Below are positions 26,241-40,142 of a DNA stretch of 64,000 nucleotides, piece by piece. A program made the position numbers and the translations under genes. The stretch's first letter is position 1; each line of letters starts with the position of its first letter. Origin of the DNA: Octopus sinensis (Eukaryota). The notes beneath the pieces are model-generated. The model ran no database searches, was not told where the DNA came from, and worked only from the letters and a program-made list of their open reading frames with translations. The stretch lies in the NCBI RefSeq assembly GCF_006345805.1, contig NC_043008.1, forward strand, positions 48,484,001 to 48,548,000. The letters run 5' to 3'.

Positions 26241-27459
26241 CCAAAGTGTATAGTTTTAAAGTTAAAGTTCTGCAGTCAATAATGGTTAGCTATTCTTCCA
26301 TGCAATCCCACCAAAAGACTATCAATAATATACTTTTAAAAAATGGGCAAAAACCTTGGCTGTATTCAGAATCTTGTGTTTGAAAGTTATTTTATACCTA
26401 ACATGCATACAACTGGCTATCTTGGCACCGTGGATCTTTTGGATATCAATGCCTGTTTTGTCTTAGCAATCAAGCAATAATGCTTTAAAGAGTTCTTTTA
26501 GAATCCTTAATTCAGTTGCCATGGTAATATTTGAAATGTCTTTAATGGTTACTCAAAGATATGATATCAATTGCTACATCTGAAGAGAGAGAGAGAGAGA
26601 GTTCAAACCGGACTAATCAAGCTGACTTGCCCATTATAGAATTCTAAGCTACAGCTTTTTATAAATGCAAGCCAACACTGGTGCCTTAAAAGAGCATTCA
26701 GTAAAGTAGAGAATGGCTTTAAATGCTAACCAAACACAGAGAAAGAACAAGCTAAAAGTTTGTATCCCAAATCAATAAATGCTTAGACCATTGTTGGGTT
26801 GGTTTCTATAGTTGAAGATGTAAACTCCTGACAGAAACAACTAGCTTTCACAGTTGGTGAGTGGACTTATCCATTCTTACATGCACACAGGCTTACCTAT
26901 TTATTATGATGACTCAACAACAAAAGTCAATAATCCTTTGTAGCCAGCAACATGTGTGTATGCATGCAGGAGTGTGCCTATGTGCATGCCTGTGGGCGAG
27001 CAGCGGCAGGGGGGGGGGGCACTGTGTTTATCAATATCTATTTACATGATTAACACTAAAAAGAAATGGAAAACTAAACCAGGAAAGTTATCGATGTTAT
27101 AAGTGGGAGCTGTTCTCTCTCTCTCTCTCTCTTATATATACATATACATATACACACACACACACACATCTCTTTTCCCCACCCACCCATGTAATGCAAT
27201 TCAAATCATTTTCTTATTACGAACAAGGAAATCAACTTAACTGGAAACAGTTAAAAATTAATCAATGTGAAGCATATTTGTCTTTTGTTTTTATAATTAC
27301 TTGGCAACAGTATTTTCAAATCTCACTTATAACATTCCTTACTAATTACAGTAATTATTAAACTAACATCGGTTTGTAGATATTCTGTTATGGCTTTTTT
27401 TATGTTTTCATTTCAATCATTTACTTACTGAAAGTGTGTGTGTGTGCACGCGTGCTCAT

Positions 27460-27835
27460 TTAATGTCTGTTATGCCACACCATCCAGGCTTAGACTGGGA
27501 ACTTATTTGAGGATGTGTTACATGTCCAGATGCATCTTCTTGTCACAACCCTTACCTGTTTTCGAATAAGGCATATTTTTTGTGTGTGTTTTTGTTCCAG
27601 AAAACTTCAAAAGTAGAGAGAATGATCATTAATAATGTCAACAAAGAGTGTTCACGTCACTACGGCTGCACTCAAGTGGTGTCAAACACAGAATAGCAAC
27701 ATGCACACAAGCACAAACACACGCATATATGACGGGATTCCTACAGTTTCTGTCTACAGTTTATATAAGTTATAGAAGACGCTTGCCAAAGACGCTTGCA
27801 CAGTGAGACCAAACTCCAAAACACATGGCTGCAAA
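27460..27835 (-). mobile_element. SINE family A/C composite, degenerate
   Basis: gacgggattcctacagtttctgtctac...tatagaagacgcttgcc...cagtgagacc; tail cttacctgttttcgaataagg. Confidence 0.65.
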
Positions 27836-28024
27836 CACAATGTGAAACACAAGTATACAAACACACACACACACACACACACACAATTTTAGTAGAGTTA
27901 TTAACTATTAACTTTTACAAGGTAAAAGCTGACCATGACTGAAGTTTCAGCTTACTTAATACTAAAAAGTCTTGAGTAATCCTTTAGTTTGAATGTTAAA
28001 TTGCTTTTATATACAAACTGTTAG

Positions 28025-28270
28025 TGCATGTGTGTGGTTGCCAACTTTGCTTGCCAACCACATGTTTCAATCTCACTGCTTAGAACCTTGAGCAAGTGTC
28101 TTCTACTTATAGCCTCAGCCCAACCAAGGCTTAATGAGTTTGGTAGACAGAAACTGAAAGAAGCCCTGTGTGTGTGTGTGTGTGTGTTAAGCATGTTAGT
28201 GTGACTAGAGTAGATATGATTGTCTAAACCATTGAAGGCAGTGCTCTAGTATGGCCAAAGTCCAATAAAT
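28025..28270 (+). mobile_element. SINE family A
   Basis: ccttgagcaagtgtcttctacttatagcc...ggtagacagaaactgaaagaagccc(tg)n...gtgctctagtatggcc. Confidence 0.8.
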
Positions 28271-30449
28271 GGCACCAATAAAAAAAAATAAAGAATGTGT
28301 AATTATCTCAGAAGTATTGATAATACTTGGAATGGTTTAGCAAAAATATAGAAAGTCATCAAGATCTAGACTGCAAAAAAGAACTTTTTTTTTAAGTAGG
28401 CCAAGAGAATCAGGTGTGTGTAATGACTTCCAAATGGAAGACCCTACAAAACTATTAAAATAGTCCCTTCCCCCATTGGTTCTAAATAGGATGAGTTCAT
28501 TGTTTCAACACAAAAGATATCAAATTTGACAGGATGTGCCACTAATAGAAAAAAAAAAAAACTAACATTTCACAGGTAAAATAAAAATAATGAAGTTTCC
28601 TCATAAAAAATAGAGGTAGACCAAGTAACACATGGATGTTGCGTATTAACAACAAAGGTTGGTGAGGAGTGGCATATTTGAGCAATACCAGAATAAAAAA
28701 AAAACTACCTTTATTCAGTTTGCCTCTGGAAATTCAAGTATTTTTTTTTATTATTATTTAGCTTCCTTTTTGGTTTAATTCAGAGTCCAATGTTTGATTC
28801 TTAAAATATCAGTCATGATATTTTATATAATTAGATTAAAAGCACAGTATTAAAAGAACAAAACAAATACAAATTTGTCTGTTTAATGTCTGTTTATCCA
28901 AGCCAGCAAAGGTTGGGATAGAGAATTATTTAAAGCAGGATTTTGTGGCCGGATGCTCTTCTTGTGGTGAAGCCTAACTTATTTTTCATTTAAGGGATTG
29001 TTTATTCTATAAGTCATCAAAAATACAGAACAATCAATAATAAATATCAACATCAGCACCACTGGAGCAGTCCACAAGCATGGAATATAAGCATTACACA
29101 CACACATAAACACAGCAGGTTTCCTGCAGTTTCCATATACCAAATTGCAGTGAATGCTACTGCTTGGCTTAACCAAGGTACTACATTTAAAATTGAAATC
29201 TCATTCAAGATCAATAAAGTACAATCTAAGATGGCAGTTTATCAGAACTGTAAGAACACCAGACCAGAAGCCTTGTGGTATTTTTTGAAGTCTTTTGTGT
29301 TCTTAGATCCCAATTCTACCATGACTTAACTTAGGTGACCCATCACCCAGGTTTTGAGTTTGAGGATATCTTCCTTCCCTCCCTCTGCCCCACCATTGTT
29401 GGAAGACCTGAAACAGGGCAAAACACTGCCTTCCCTCTTGACTAAATGTATGAAAAAATAAAAATGCCTGAATTGAGATCTATTTTAATTCCTGATATAT
29501 TATTTAATTTTAAAACTGGAAATGTCAAAACTGAAATAAGAAACCAAAATGAGAATATATAAATAATAAAATTCATTCCAAATGTATTTTATCGATTAGG
29601 CTGGTGATATTGTGGGTGTTGTTGAGGTTTGTGTTTAGCTATAGAACATATGTTACTCTTCTAAGTTGGTATCAAATATTCCCATGAACTGCAATCAAAC
29701 AGAAGGGACTATAAAACATTTGCAGCAGGCCTAACAACATGGCTAAACAGTTATTTATCCTCCTACCACTGCACTCATAGAATGAAGCCAGCAATGTGTT
29801 ATTTCTGGCTGGCTATATCAATTTTATACTTAACAGCTGTCTAATAATAATAATAATAATAATAAACAATGACACAGAATATATTTCAAAATAGGGCAGA
29901 CTCTGCTGCATAACAAATTTCTCAACATCTCTTTGTTTCATTGTTTTTGGGGTTTTTTTAAGCAGTCAGACTCCTGCACAGATGATGCTAACCAACTTTA
30001 AGTGAAACCAATGTGGAGATAAGAATGATAAACTCCTCAGATCAGTAGTAGAAATCCTCTGAAATTTTACTCTTCTCAAATTTAAAATTGTCCATTAACA
30101 AGGTCACAAAAATCCATACAAAAAAAAAAAAGAAAAAGAAAACTAGTTTAAGCCTTTAAACAGCAATATTTCACATAAGCTGCACATCTGTGAATTTGTA
30201 AAATTAAAGATTCCTTATTTTTCTCACCACAGATACAGCTCCACAAATTTTTAAACACAACTCACCCCTAGTCTTAAAAATATTCCCCTCCTGGTGTAGA
30301 CAGTAATAGGACAACTGTAGCATTGGTACATTTAGAAATTCTTAATAATGCAATAGTAATTCCAGTTTTTGCATCATAATATCATCATCCTCATCTTTAT
30401 TTCAATGTCCACCTCACCTAAAAAACATTGGTGAAACATAGCCATTAAA

Positions 30450-30640
30450 AAACATATTGCTACTTGTTTCAATCTTCTGTAGCTTGTGGACCCCAGCATC
30501 CCAAGTTCTGGTCTTAAACATATACAACCACTTCTTCCCATGCTTCGCTAGGTTTCCTCTTCTAATGATATCTTCCACTACCAACAACACAAGACACTTC
30601 TTTCAACCAGAGCTCATCATACATTTACACCACAAGTCTT
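30450..30640 (-). mobile_element. Possible RTE-type LINE 3' remnant
   Basis: Translation LVVEDIIRRGNL..HG...KTRTWDAGV resembles the RTE ORF C-terminus; it sits next to a (cat)n family C tail at 30380-30415. Confidence 0.3.
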
Positions 30641-30904
30641 GGTGAAAATTTTAGTTTTGAGTTATCATAATAATTTAAACAAAGCTAGTACACATTTTCT
30701 AGCATTAAAATGTTTTAAATGAAAAGCTAGTTTAAATACAAAAACAATTTTCTCCAAAGATATAATCCTTCAGTAAAACTATATTATTTAAAGAGGAAAA
30801 AATCATTATCAAAAATGAATTTACTTTATTTAAAATGAAAATTAAAAGCAGCCATCTATGTATCATACTTAATGTAAATACATCATTGAAAGGCAAATTT
30901 ACTG

Positions 30905-31098
30905 TGGTATTCATCCTGACATAGAATGTGACAAGGCTGGCACTTTGAATTATAGAGACAACTCAGTTTTGCCAGCTGAGTGAACTGGAACAATGTGAAA
31001 TAAAGTGTCATGCTCAAAGGGCACAACATGCCACCAGGATTTGAACTCACAACTTTGCACTCATGAGCCAAATACCCTAACCACAACGCCATGCACCT
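30905..31098 (-). mobile_element. tRNA-derived SINE (third family)
   Basis: Minus strand: tggcgttgtggttagg (A box), gagttcaaatcc (B box), gtgccctttgagcatgacacttt...ccagttcactcagctgg. Confidence 0.75.
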
Positions 31099-31844
31099 CT
31101 ACTCTTCCAATATATATATATATTGTGCTTTCAAAAATAGCACATCCCTAAGAAATGTTATCTCTGCTTGAATACTGCAATAAATTTGCCTTTCGATGAT
31201 GTATTTACATTTACGATGATACAGAGATAACTATTTTCAATTTAAAGCTGTTTCTATTGTACACAATAGAAACATTAAAAACTTCATCTAATTGAAATAT
31301 AACAGAATGTTGAGAAGATTGTATCTTAAAACTAGTGCTGCCCTCTATCCACAGATGGTTAAGAGCTACACTTGTCAAATGGTAAAGTTTATCGAAGTTG
31401 TAAATACATACTACTATAATCGACAATAACATTAGTAAGCCTCACCAGCCACTGAGTCAAGCTTCTATATAGTCACTTGACATACAAAAAAGAGCAGCTA
31501 AATCTCCCCAAATTAGGAAGAACACACTGCATAGCGTCATTGTTGATATCAACTTGAGCATTCATCACCATCATCTTCACTACCATCACCATTATCATCA
31601 TCAGCAGGATTGTCACTGCCGCTACCATCATTATGAACAAGATCATCTCCATCTTCATCATCAAGAGAGAGAGATACTTTGACAAAACAAGTAAATAATC
31701 TAAGTGACAATTCTGATATTAGAAGACATTTTTGTTGTTCACACATTAATCTTTAGTATCAGGCTAAGTTTTCAAATATATAATTCCCATTTTTTTCAAA
31801 ACAACATTGAATCGACCTCACTCATCAAGAAACATTATTATCAC

Positions 31845-32083
31845 CTTGCCACGAAATCCCCAAGAGGGCTTCGACAAACTTATGAGCTCATCCATTATTT
31901 CTAAGTGAATTGTATTAAAATTATCTGCCATCAGCAATTTACTCCAGTTTGAAGAGAACACTTCTGTGCCCTCCTGTCTTAAAACTGCCATTCTGACTGC
32001 ATTGATGATGTACTGATCTTCAAGGTAAACATTGTGAAAAGACTTGACAGTCAAACTTGGGATTACTGGATAATCCTTCGCTC
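31845..32083 (-). CDS. Candidate internal coding exon of an unidentified gene
   Basis: Lies within a 122-codon non-repeat ORF (31818-32186) with protein-like composition (AKDYPVIPSLTVKSFHNVYLEDQYIINAVRMAVLRQEGTEVFSSNWSKLLMADNFNTIHLEIMDELISLSKPSWGFRGK). Acceptor ttatttgttttcaag|G; donor AAG|gtgata, or GA|gtgagg at 31822. No family recognised. Confidence 0.4.
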
Positions 32084-32419
32084 CTTGAAAACAAATAACT
32101 ATGGACTCAATAGTTTGCTTAGTTCCAAGCAAAAGAGCAACATGAAAAAAAATATCAGTAAAGAATGCTAAAACATTATCATACAAGAGGTAAATATTTA
32201 ATTAAAAGCAATTACATAAGAAAACAGCCTTTGTATTTATTATATTTATTTGCTTGTTTAATTTTAAGGATGCTAAAATAATAAATATTACCAATGTTGC
32301 TAAACCAAACATGGCACAGATTTATATAAAACATGAGATTATTAGAAAGAATAAGTTTTAATGTGGAAATCATTGACCTCTAACAATATTAGTTTGAGTG
32401 TGTCAATGGGAAACATTTT

Positions 32420-32830
32420 AATGTGTGTGGTTAACAATCTTGCTCCCCAACCATGTGGTCTCAGATTCAGTTCCAGTGTGGAGCACCTTGGGCAAATGTC
32501 TTCTACCGTAGCTGTGGGCCAGCCAAAGTCTAGTGAGTGAATTTGGTAGACATACACCGATAGAAGCTTGTTCTGTGTGTGTGTGGGTGGGTGGGTGGGG
32601 GTAGCCTTGTCTTGACATCATGTGACAGTTGTAAACAATCATCACCACCATACAAGTGATGGTGTTCATTCATTTCCAATCTTCTGTGAAAAATATGTCT
32701 AGCCATGGGTAAATATTACCTTGTTTGGAAACAGGTGAGGATTGGCAACAGGAAAAGGTATCCAGCCGGAGAAAATCTGTCTCATAAAATTCTATCTGAC
32801 CCAGACAAGCATGGGAAAGTGAACATTAAA
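32420..32830 (+). mobile_element. SINE family A head with family C tail
   Basis: ccatgtggtctcagattcagttccagtgtggagcaccttgggcaaatgtcttctac...aaatattaccttgtttggaaacaggtgagg...gcatgggaaagtgaacattaaa(taa)n. Confidence 0.85.
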
Positions 32831-34860
32831 TAATCATAATAATAATAATAATAATAATAATGGACAGATTAATTGCCCAGACTTTAGAAAAGAAACAAGA
32901 TTCAGTGGATCGAGAATAACAGAAATACAATGAATGTCATTTAGTTTTACTTTTGGTTAATGTGGGAATGAAGTCGCTTGACAAAATCTCAAAATTAATA
33001 TCTTAAAAACCAGACTAATCTGATAAGTGATGATAATAAGTGAGAGAAAAAGAAAACAAAAATCCTGTAAGAACATTCGTTTTTATATCAAACACAATTT
33101 GTTTGCTTTTCTTTCTTTTTCACTTTCTGTTATCAATATTAAAAAGGATAAACACAAAAACCAAACTAGAATGCTTGAAATGTTCATCATATTACCATCT
33201 AGATGTTGCTTTGAAGTTAATCTTTGATGTCCACCATTGTAAGTATGTAGAGAAAAGAGGCAAAGAGGAAGAAGAAAAGAGAAACTGAATGAATCAGAGA
33301 GAAGGAGAAAGACAGGGGGAGAAGAATGAAAATATGTCATTAATCTTCCTGACATAAATGAAGACATTTTAACAGGACAATCCATTATATTACAGTTCGA
33401 GTTGAGTAACTTGTCTAGAAAGCAACTCAGCCATTTAGTATTTTAATTACTATAATACCAGAACAGCATGGGTTTAGGAATATATATACACATAGACAGT
33501 TATGTGTGTGTGTGTGTGTGTGTGTGGGTATAGATATAGAGATAGATAGAGATAGATAGATAGACAGAGGGACAAACAGACAGACAGATAGATAGATAGA
33601 TAGATTGTTATTAATAACACCTGGAAGAAGGTGCATCTTTTCCACTCACCAAAGTGAAAGGATCTTTAACCAGAAGGAATTGATGTCATCAGATGGTATC
33701 CAACAACCATTGGGCGCTTCAACCCTAAACCATAACAACCTCCCGATGATGGGTCAGCAGAGCTGATGAAGTCCCCGTTTTTCATCTTCCCCCTGGCTTC
33801 CAGCTTCATTCCTCTTGCTCCATAATCAACAAGAGGCTCTTTCTGCTGCCTCTCCCATCCTATGCACAGCTACCAATTGCTCCCTTCCTCTCATATTAGA
33901 TAGAGTCTAACAATGAAATTCAAGCTTGATGGGATGGGAGTCTATATGGATCACGAAAAGAGGTCAGTTCAGTTGTCATCCTAAATAAGCCCAAACTGAG
34001 CCCTAATATCACAATGAAACTAAATCCATATGGGGTGGGGGGGTCATGTAATACTTTAAACAGCAATGTTGAGCCAAGTTAAATCTAGTTATTCCAATGC
34101 TGGTTATAGGGGACCACAGCTCTGAAAATCCCAGAAACCTTCCTCACCAGACAGAACAGTTTAATATTTCAAATATCAAAAAACTTAAAGCTACATTAAA
34201 AACTCCACATTGTGTTGTTATTATTGTTTCAAAACCAACTGGAATAAAAATCCTTTATTTCAAAAATAGGCTTAAGGATTAATGACAGTGGAGCATCCAG
34301 TTATGAAACAATAACTCAAGAATATATCTTCAACACTCATTCTCCCCCTCTTTCTCTGTATTTATATTGACATTGTTTGGGTAAAAGTGATGTTTGTTTA
34401 CGTGCCATAGCTCAGTAGTTTAATATTTATAGACCAATGAATTAAAGTACTTCACACGAAATAAAGATTGGCACAAGGTGAGTTGATCCAGCCAGGAATA
34501 CTACCTCAAGAAGTTACGTTTAATGCTTGTCAGTATGTGAAAATATTGAATGTCGCGGTAGTGGAACAACTGGAGTGGAGTCCTGCTTTATGACTAGTTC
34601 CAGCTTACAAAACATGGAAACAAAAGAAAGAAAACAAGTTAGAATGATCAACTTATAAACAGAGTACAAAGAGTATATAATTTCTGTTGAGAAATTGAGT
34701 TGGAGAAAGACATATCTAGTTCACAGCAAATGATCCAGAAGAACTTAACACAAATGTTGATGACATCATATCAATAGGCTAAACATTGATTAATGTATGT
34801 AATGTGCCACTTCCCACTGGTTTTTAACACTAACACTTCTCAGTAAATGGCCTAGATGAT

Positions 34861-35947
34861 GTATTCACAAAATGTAAATATACCACCTCAGATCTATGAC
34901 AGGTGCTAAGAGTAGCTTGATAGATAATAATAGAATTAATTCTATCTGAAGATAGCCTTTGTAACAAAATTCAAAATACTCAACTTTATCCATACAGATA
35001 TCAAGTACATAAAAGTGAAACAGGAAACAAAGCCAACAACAAAAACAGATTTTCTTGACAGACAAAGTAAAAACTAATTCTTTCTTTAAAGACTTCACAA
35101 AAATCACCAGAATAGTATTTAAAAATAAAAAACCTCATCCTCACTTTTCTTGATTCTCACATTTAACACTTCAACGACCAATCAAAGCCAATGCACTCAG
35201 TTAGCCTTTCACAATAACAATAAATATGTAAATTCAATAAAAGGTATAAATACTGTATCCTTAAGAAATGGCAATAGAAAGTAAAAACCTTCACACAATA
35301 CACATATAAACATATATAAAGCACTGGTAGGTACAATCAGATCGTTTTTCTAAGAAGTCTAGAAAATTCAATGAAATATTTGCATAAAGCAGTTTACAGA
35401 AAAACTGCACAAATGATAAGTAACAGATATATCAACTACACAATGGAAGAACCATTGTTGAGATTAAAAAATGATTTTTGAAATGTAACAAAGAAAATCA
35501 CTGAGTCAAAGACAAAACTGACAGCTTTTCATATTGGGTATGTGAAATCATACAAGAATTTTGAGTATCAATTTGGAAATATTTATTCAGCTTGGCCAAA
35601 GCATTCTACCTGTTGGGAAGAAGCATAACTAAGGGTTTCTCAAACTGATAAATAGCACCATGCACACAAAAAAATAGTGAAATTCCACCACCACCCCACC
35701 CCGCCCTTACATGCAAGATCTGAAGAAAATAGTGGCCATGGCATTGACACACAATCCTAAACCAGTCAGATTGATGCCTCTTGATAATCATTGACTTTTA
35801 TGTGCTTCATATCTGAACAGATAAAACCTGAGTGCTTTGAATTTTATAACAAAGGCCATTTTCAGATAGAATTCTATTATTATCTACCAAGCTGCTCTTA
35901 GCACCTGTCATAGTTCTGAGGTAATCTATATATACATTTATGAATAC
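34861..35947. repeat. Long inverted repeat: ~155-bp arms (34861-35016 and 35794-35947) around a ~780-bp spacer
   Basis: For example ctcagatctatgacaggtgctaagagtagcttgatagataataatagaatt pairs with aattctattattatctaccaagctgctcttagcacctgtcatagttctgag. Confidence 0.85.
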
Positions 35948-36477
35948 TGTCCAACCCATGCCAAGACGACAATGGACATTAAATGATGATGATGATCATC
36001 ATCATCACCATCATGTACAGCGAAAGAGAGAAGGAAGGAGGGATGATGAAATTAAATGCAAAATTAAAGCGCATAAGAGGTGAAAGATGATAAGGTTAAT
36101 AAGTGGAAAATTTTAGAAAAATTTTTCACTTGTAAAAATTAGTAACCTAGAAACTCGCCGAGGGCTGCACAACATGTCGAGGGCCACGTGTGGCTCATGG
36201 GCCGCAGGTTGCCCATGCATGCAATAAAGCATAACACAAGATCAAGAGTAAAAGCTAGGGGATATGTTAATTTGTAACATACCCTTTAATATTTTTGGCT
36301 AAGAAATATACATGTTATACATTTTAGTAGCCAACATATCAAAGTCTACAAGATTGAAACAAAGAATATAATTTAGATATAAAATTAAAAGAGATGAGCT
36401 TTTACTTAAACCATTTATTCTTCTTTAAATTCTGACAGCTAACCTCCCCAAGAGCAGTAATATAATGAAACGCTTAC

Positions 36478-36669
36478 TGTAAAGTGATTGGCAAAAAGAA
36501 AGACACAGGAAAGGCAGCTTGTCTATAAGATCATCAGTCACGGAATAAAAGCTAATACGGAGAAGAGTAGCATCTTTAGTCATAATAGAGAACCTCCTAG
36601 GAGTCACTGGTATGTTAAAATACACCAGTCCATAAGGTGAAGAGGCTGGTAATAAAAAGGGGCTTCCAG
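36478..36669 (-). CDS. Candidate 192-nt phase-1 symmetric coding exon, unidentified
   Basis: Acceptor cttacag|C, donor ACA|gtaagc, open frame GSPFLLPASSPYGLVYFNIPVTPRRFSIMTKDATLLRISFYSVTDDLIDKLPFLCLSFCQSLY. Phase-compatible with the exon at 32083. Confidence 0.3.
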
Positions 36670-37544
36670 CTGTAAGATCCATGCCAAAATGTATGGCATA
36701 AACAACAAGAAATGACAATCTTTCTATTGCTGTGTGATCATCTGATGACAAAGGCTATGGCAAATGGTGAGACACTCTGCTGGAATGAATCTGTACAAAG
36801 CCATCTCACCAAAGAAAGACAAACACAAAATGACAACAGTGATGACAAAATAATACCACAGTCATTTAAGCATCTACTATCTTTTCATTCTGAAATTTAA
36901 TTAGTCATTAAGTGGACTCTGATGAGCCGGTCATTCTCTTTAATGATTTACTTCAACCAAGGAAGGACTAACAAGCTGAACTACTTTGAAAATCAAACTC
37001 TCCCCACCCCAATATTAACACCTTTATTAACCTGTTAATATTAGCATCTAAAATGCTCAAATTAGGGATTGACTGACATCATTATGGTTGCACTTAACTA
37101 TCATGGTCAAGGAAGAAGTACTTAATGGATGTGAATGAGTTTACATTTTAAACGAATCTAATTAACAAAGAAAAAAAAATACCTTAAAGCCATGTGTACC
37201 ATATAAATACAGTCGTTTATTGAACTGATTTCAATAAGCAATCAACTGATTTTACATTTAATAGTAATTAGTAAGTGAGTCATTTCAAAGTCTTTATATA
37301 TATATATATCAATACATCATCAATATAGCAACTCATTAGCTATCAAAATTAATCTCATTAAGAAGGTAGAACATCATAGGATTACAACATCTACACATTA
37401 AGGGTTTTAGTTTCAATATCTATTTAATGTTTAACTAGGAAATATCTTCAACAAGCATGAGGGTAACTTTATGTCCTGATAACTGGTTTATCTTCCAGCT
37501 GATCCCCTTATTAGCAAAACTTGACATTTACAAGCCAACAAGTA

Positions 37545-37745
37545 AGGGAAGCAGCCTCTCTAGGGTTGCTCAACCTGCTAGAAATAGCAACTAACTCTTT
37601 TTCAAATCTCATCCTACTGTCTTAAAGCTAGAACAAACTGAATAATGTTGTGCAGGGTACACTACATCTGAAAAAAGTTAAAAAAAAAAAGGGTGGATAG
37701 TCATTGCTGGAATGCCTTTGATCAGATGTTTGCAGAACCAAACCA
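37545..37745 (+). repeat. Dispersed repeat with core ctgctagaaatagc; related copies at 22298-22352, 44235-44425 and 51285-51340
   Basis: Shared ggagc.tt.atgtggtca..c.acctgctagaaatagcagcc motif visible in several places. Confidence 0.65.
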
Positions 37746-40076
37746 GATCCGGTGGGAAAAAAAGCACAATATTTACAATACGAAAACCTCTATGGAGTCA
37801 TTCAGCTTACTAAAAATAGCAACCAAATCTCCATCATGCTAACATTTTTAAAATTAGAATACATTTATATTTTGTTACGAAAAAAGGAGGTGGGTGTTAA
37901 GGTGGGAACATTTTTTCATCACAGGTATTCTTCAATCAGAACTGACCAGGAACTAAACATGATATTTAAGAAAAAATACAAACCAATAAACCCAATATAG
38001 ATTCAAAACTATAACAACAATAAACAAAGTATAAATTTAATAACAAAAAGCAACCCAGCTGTATTTGTTAATTTAAGATTGTGTTAACAGGACAGAGGAG
38101 AAGCAATTCCAAATAAGTCACTTGTTATAGGGATTATTGCATAAACAAACAACACTTAGAATATCAAAAGATAGACTTACAAATGAAATAGGTCTTCAAA
38201 CTGTTTTTTATTTTAAATATAAAAATAAAAAAGAAGGAAAAGCGCTAATGTCTGAGTGTAAATAACAAGAACAAAGTAAATGTTTAACACTAATTAGAAA
38301 AATATCATAAAGAGATAAAGAAATGTTGTACAAAGAAAACATTTAAATTGGCATAAAACTGACAATATTAATCAATGCCAAAAAATCAAAATATTGGCAA
38401 CAAGAAACTTAAAGAACAAAAAGAAAACCTTTAAAGAAACCTTTTATTAAAACCCGTTTTACCCCAGTCGATATTGTGGTGCCAGTAGATTGTTGATTTA
38501 GGTTGAGAGTACATTTCCCACTTTGTTTATATTATGGATGAGTGACGTGCTAAGATGGTATTAAGCACTGATTTGAGACGAGAAAAAAGGAAAAACAGAT
38601 CCACTGAGGGATAAGTTGAGAAACAAAGCAGCTCACCATGCACCACACACACATGGAAATCATTACTTTCATATGAACATATATATTTATACATATTTAT
38701 AGAAATACATATATTTATCTGTATATATAGAAGTCAGCTTGTACTTTGGAAAAGGATCAGTAAAATGACAATTTATCCTTCAATAACTATCACTGGATAT
38801 TAAAGGACATTAGATGTAGACATGGCCAAGTGGTCAAGAGGTTCACTACAGAACCATAAGGTCCTGGGCCTGTTGTCACAGTGACAGTTTGAGCAAGAGT
38901 CTTTTACCAGTCTCAGCTTGACCCAAGCCTTGGGGAGTGTGATTGGGACAGATATGAAGCCCATCAGGTGGACTGTTGCTGCAATTTAAAAGGTAGTCAT
39001 ATCACACAGTGTCATTCTGATTTGGACTGAGTTAAGGAAACACTCGTCAGTGGAATACTCAGCCAGATGCATGTTAATTTATGGATAAGTAACTCAGTTT
39101 ATCAACCAACTGAATGCTCATTATCAACCACCATCACCAACAATAGGGGATAAATAAATCACAAGTCACTAGACTAATAGATACAGATTCCCTGGTGTTG
39201 ATGACTTTACCAAAACTTGTGAAGATTGCCATAATGTCTATGGATTGATCTAGTTTTTACACTTGTTTTTACTCAATATATAAATTTAAAAAATTTGAAG
39301 AAAATATTTATTTTCTCAAGAGCCAGAGCTCCAAAACACACACACACACACACACACAGATATTCATTAACTGCTGTGTCAAATCCTTCCTCTCCAAATC
39401 ATCTACCCTCTATAATTCTCAATGAGGAAGGGAGGGGACATAGTATAGGTTACGAGAAGGAATGAGACAACTGCACTGAGAAGAGTTTGGTACAGGGGGT
39501 GAGCAACTAATTCCAAAGTACAGAGGTTGTTGTAGTATTTACAGAAGACACTAAGTTGAGGAGGCAGTGTGACTAGTTGAGGAGTTGCAGATATTCAGTG
39601 AAGTTGTAGATAATTTCAGAATGAATATAGAAAATTTGGAAACACCCATGAAGCCAATACCAAAACATGAACAACTAATACTTGGAGCATTTTCTACCAC
39701 CAATAAATGCAAGGCAACGGTGACTTGTACATGAATTTTTAGGTTGTCACCAACAGGAACATACACACCCTGAACAAAATACCCAAAATAAACACTAATA
39801 ATTAATCAATTGTTTTCTAATAACTATTTTCTAATCAATACAAACAGTTCCATTAAGTTCCATTATGTCAATAAATAATTTCATAATTCAAAGGAAGAGT
39901 GCAAAAGAAAATATTTTTCTACATAAAGCCAATCAGTGAAGTAATTAACAGATTTATTAAAGTACATGACAAACATACCTCGTAGACAACTTACACACCT
40001 TGATACTTTACACTGAAAGGAGAAAAACAAAAACAAGAAACAGCACAATAAAAAAAAATCAATGCTTCAACATTGA

Positions 40077-40077
<1 letters not shown>

Positions 40078-40142
<65 letters not shown>
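40078..40142. repeat. (TA)n microsatellite
   Basis: Direct reading. Confidence 0.95.

Noticed and set aside
33650-33870. GC-elevated island ending at a G|gtgagt donor
   Set aside because: No frame is open from a credible acceptor to the donor; it may be a TE remnant or UTR, but I cannot support either.
36919-36990. Other CTGANGA hits (36919, 15490, 33766, 47334 and several on the minus strand) as hammerhead cores
   Set aside because: None is followed by a closed stem II plus GAAA and a compatible stem III/UH.
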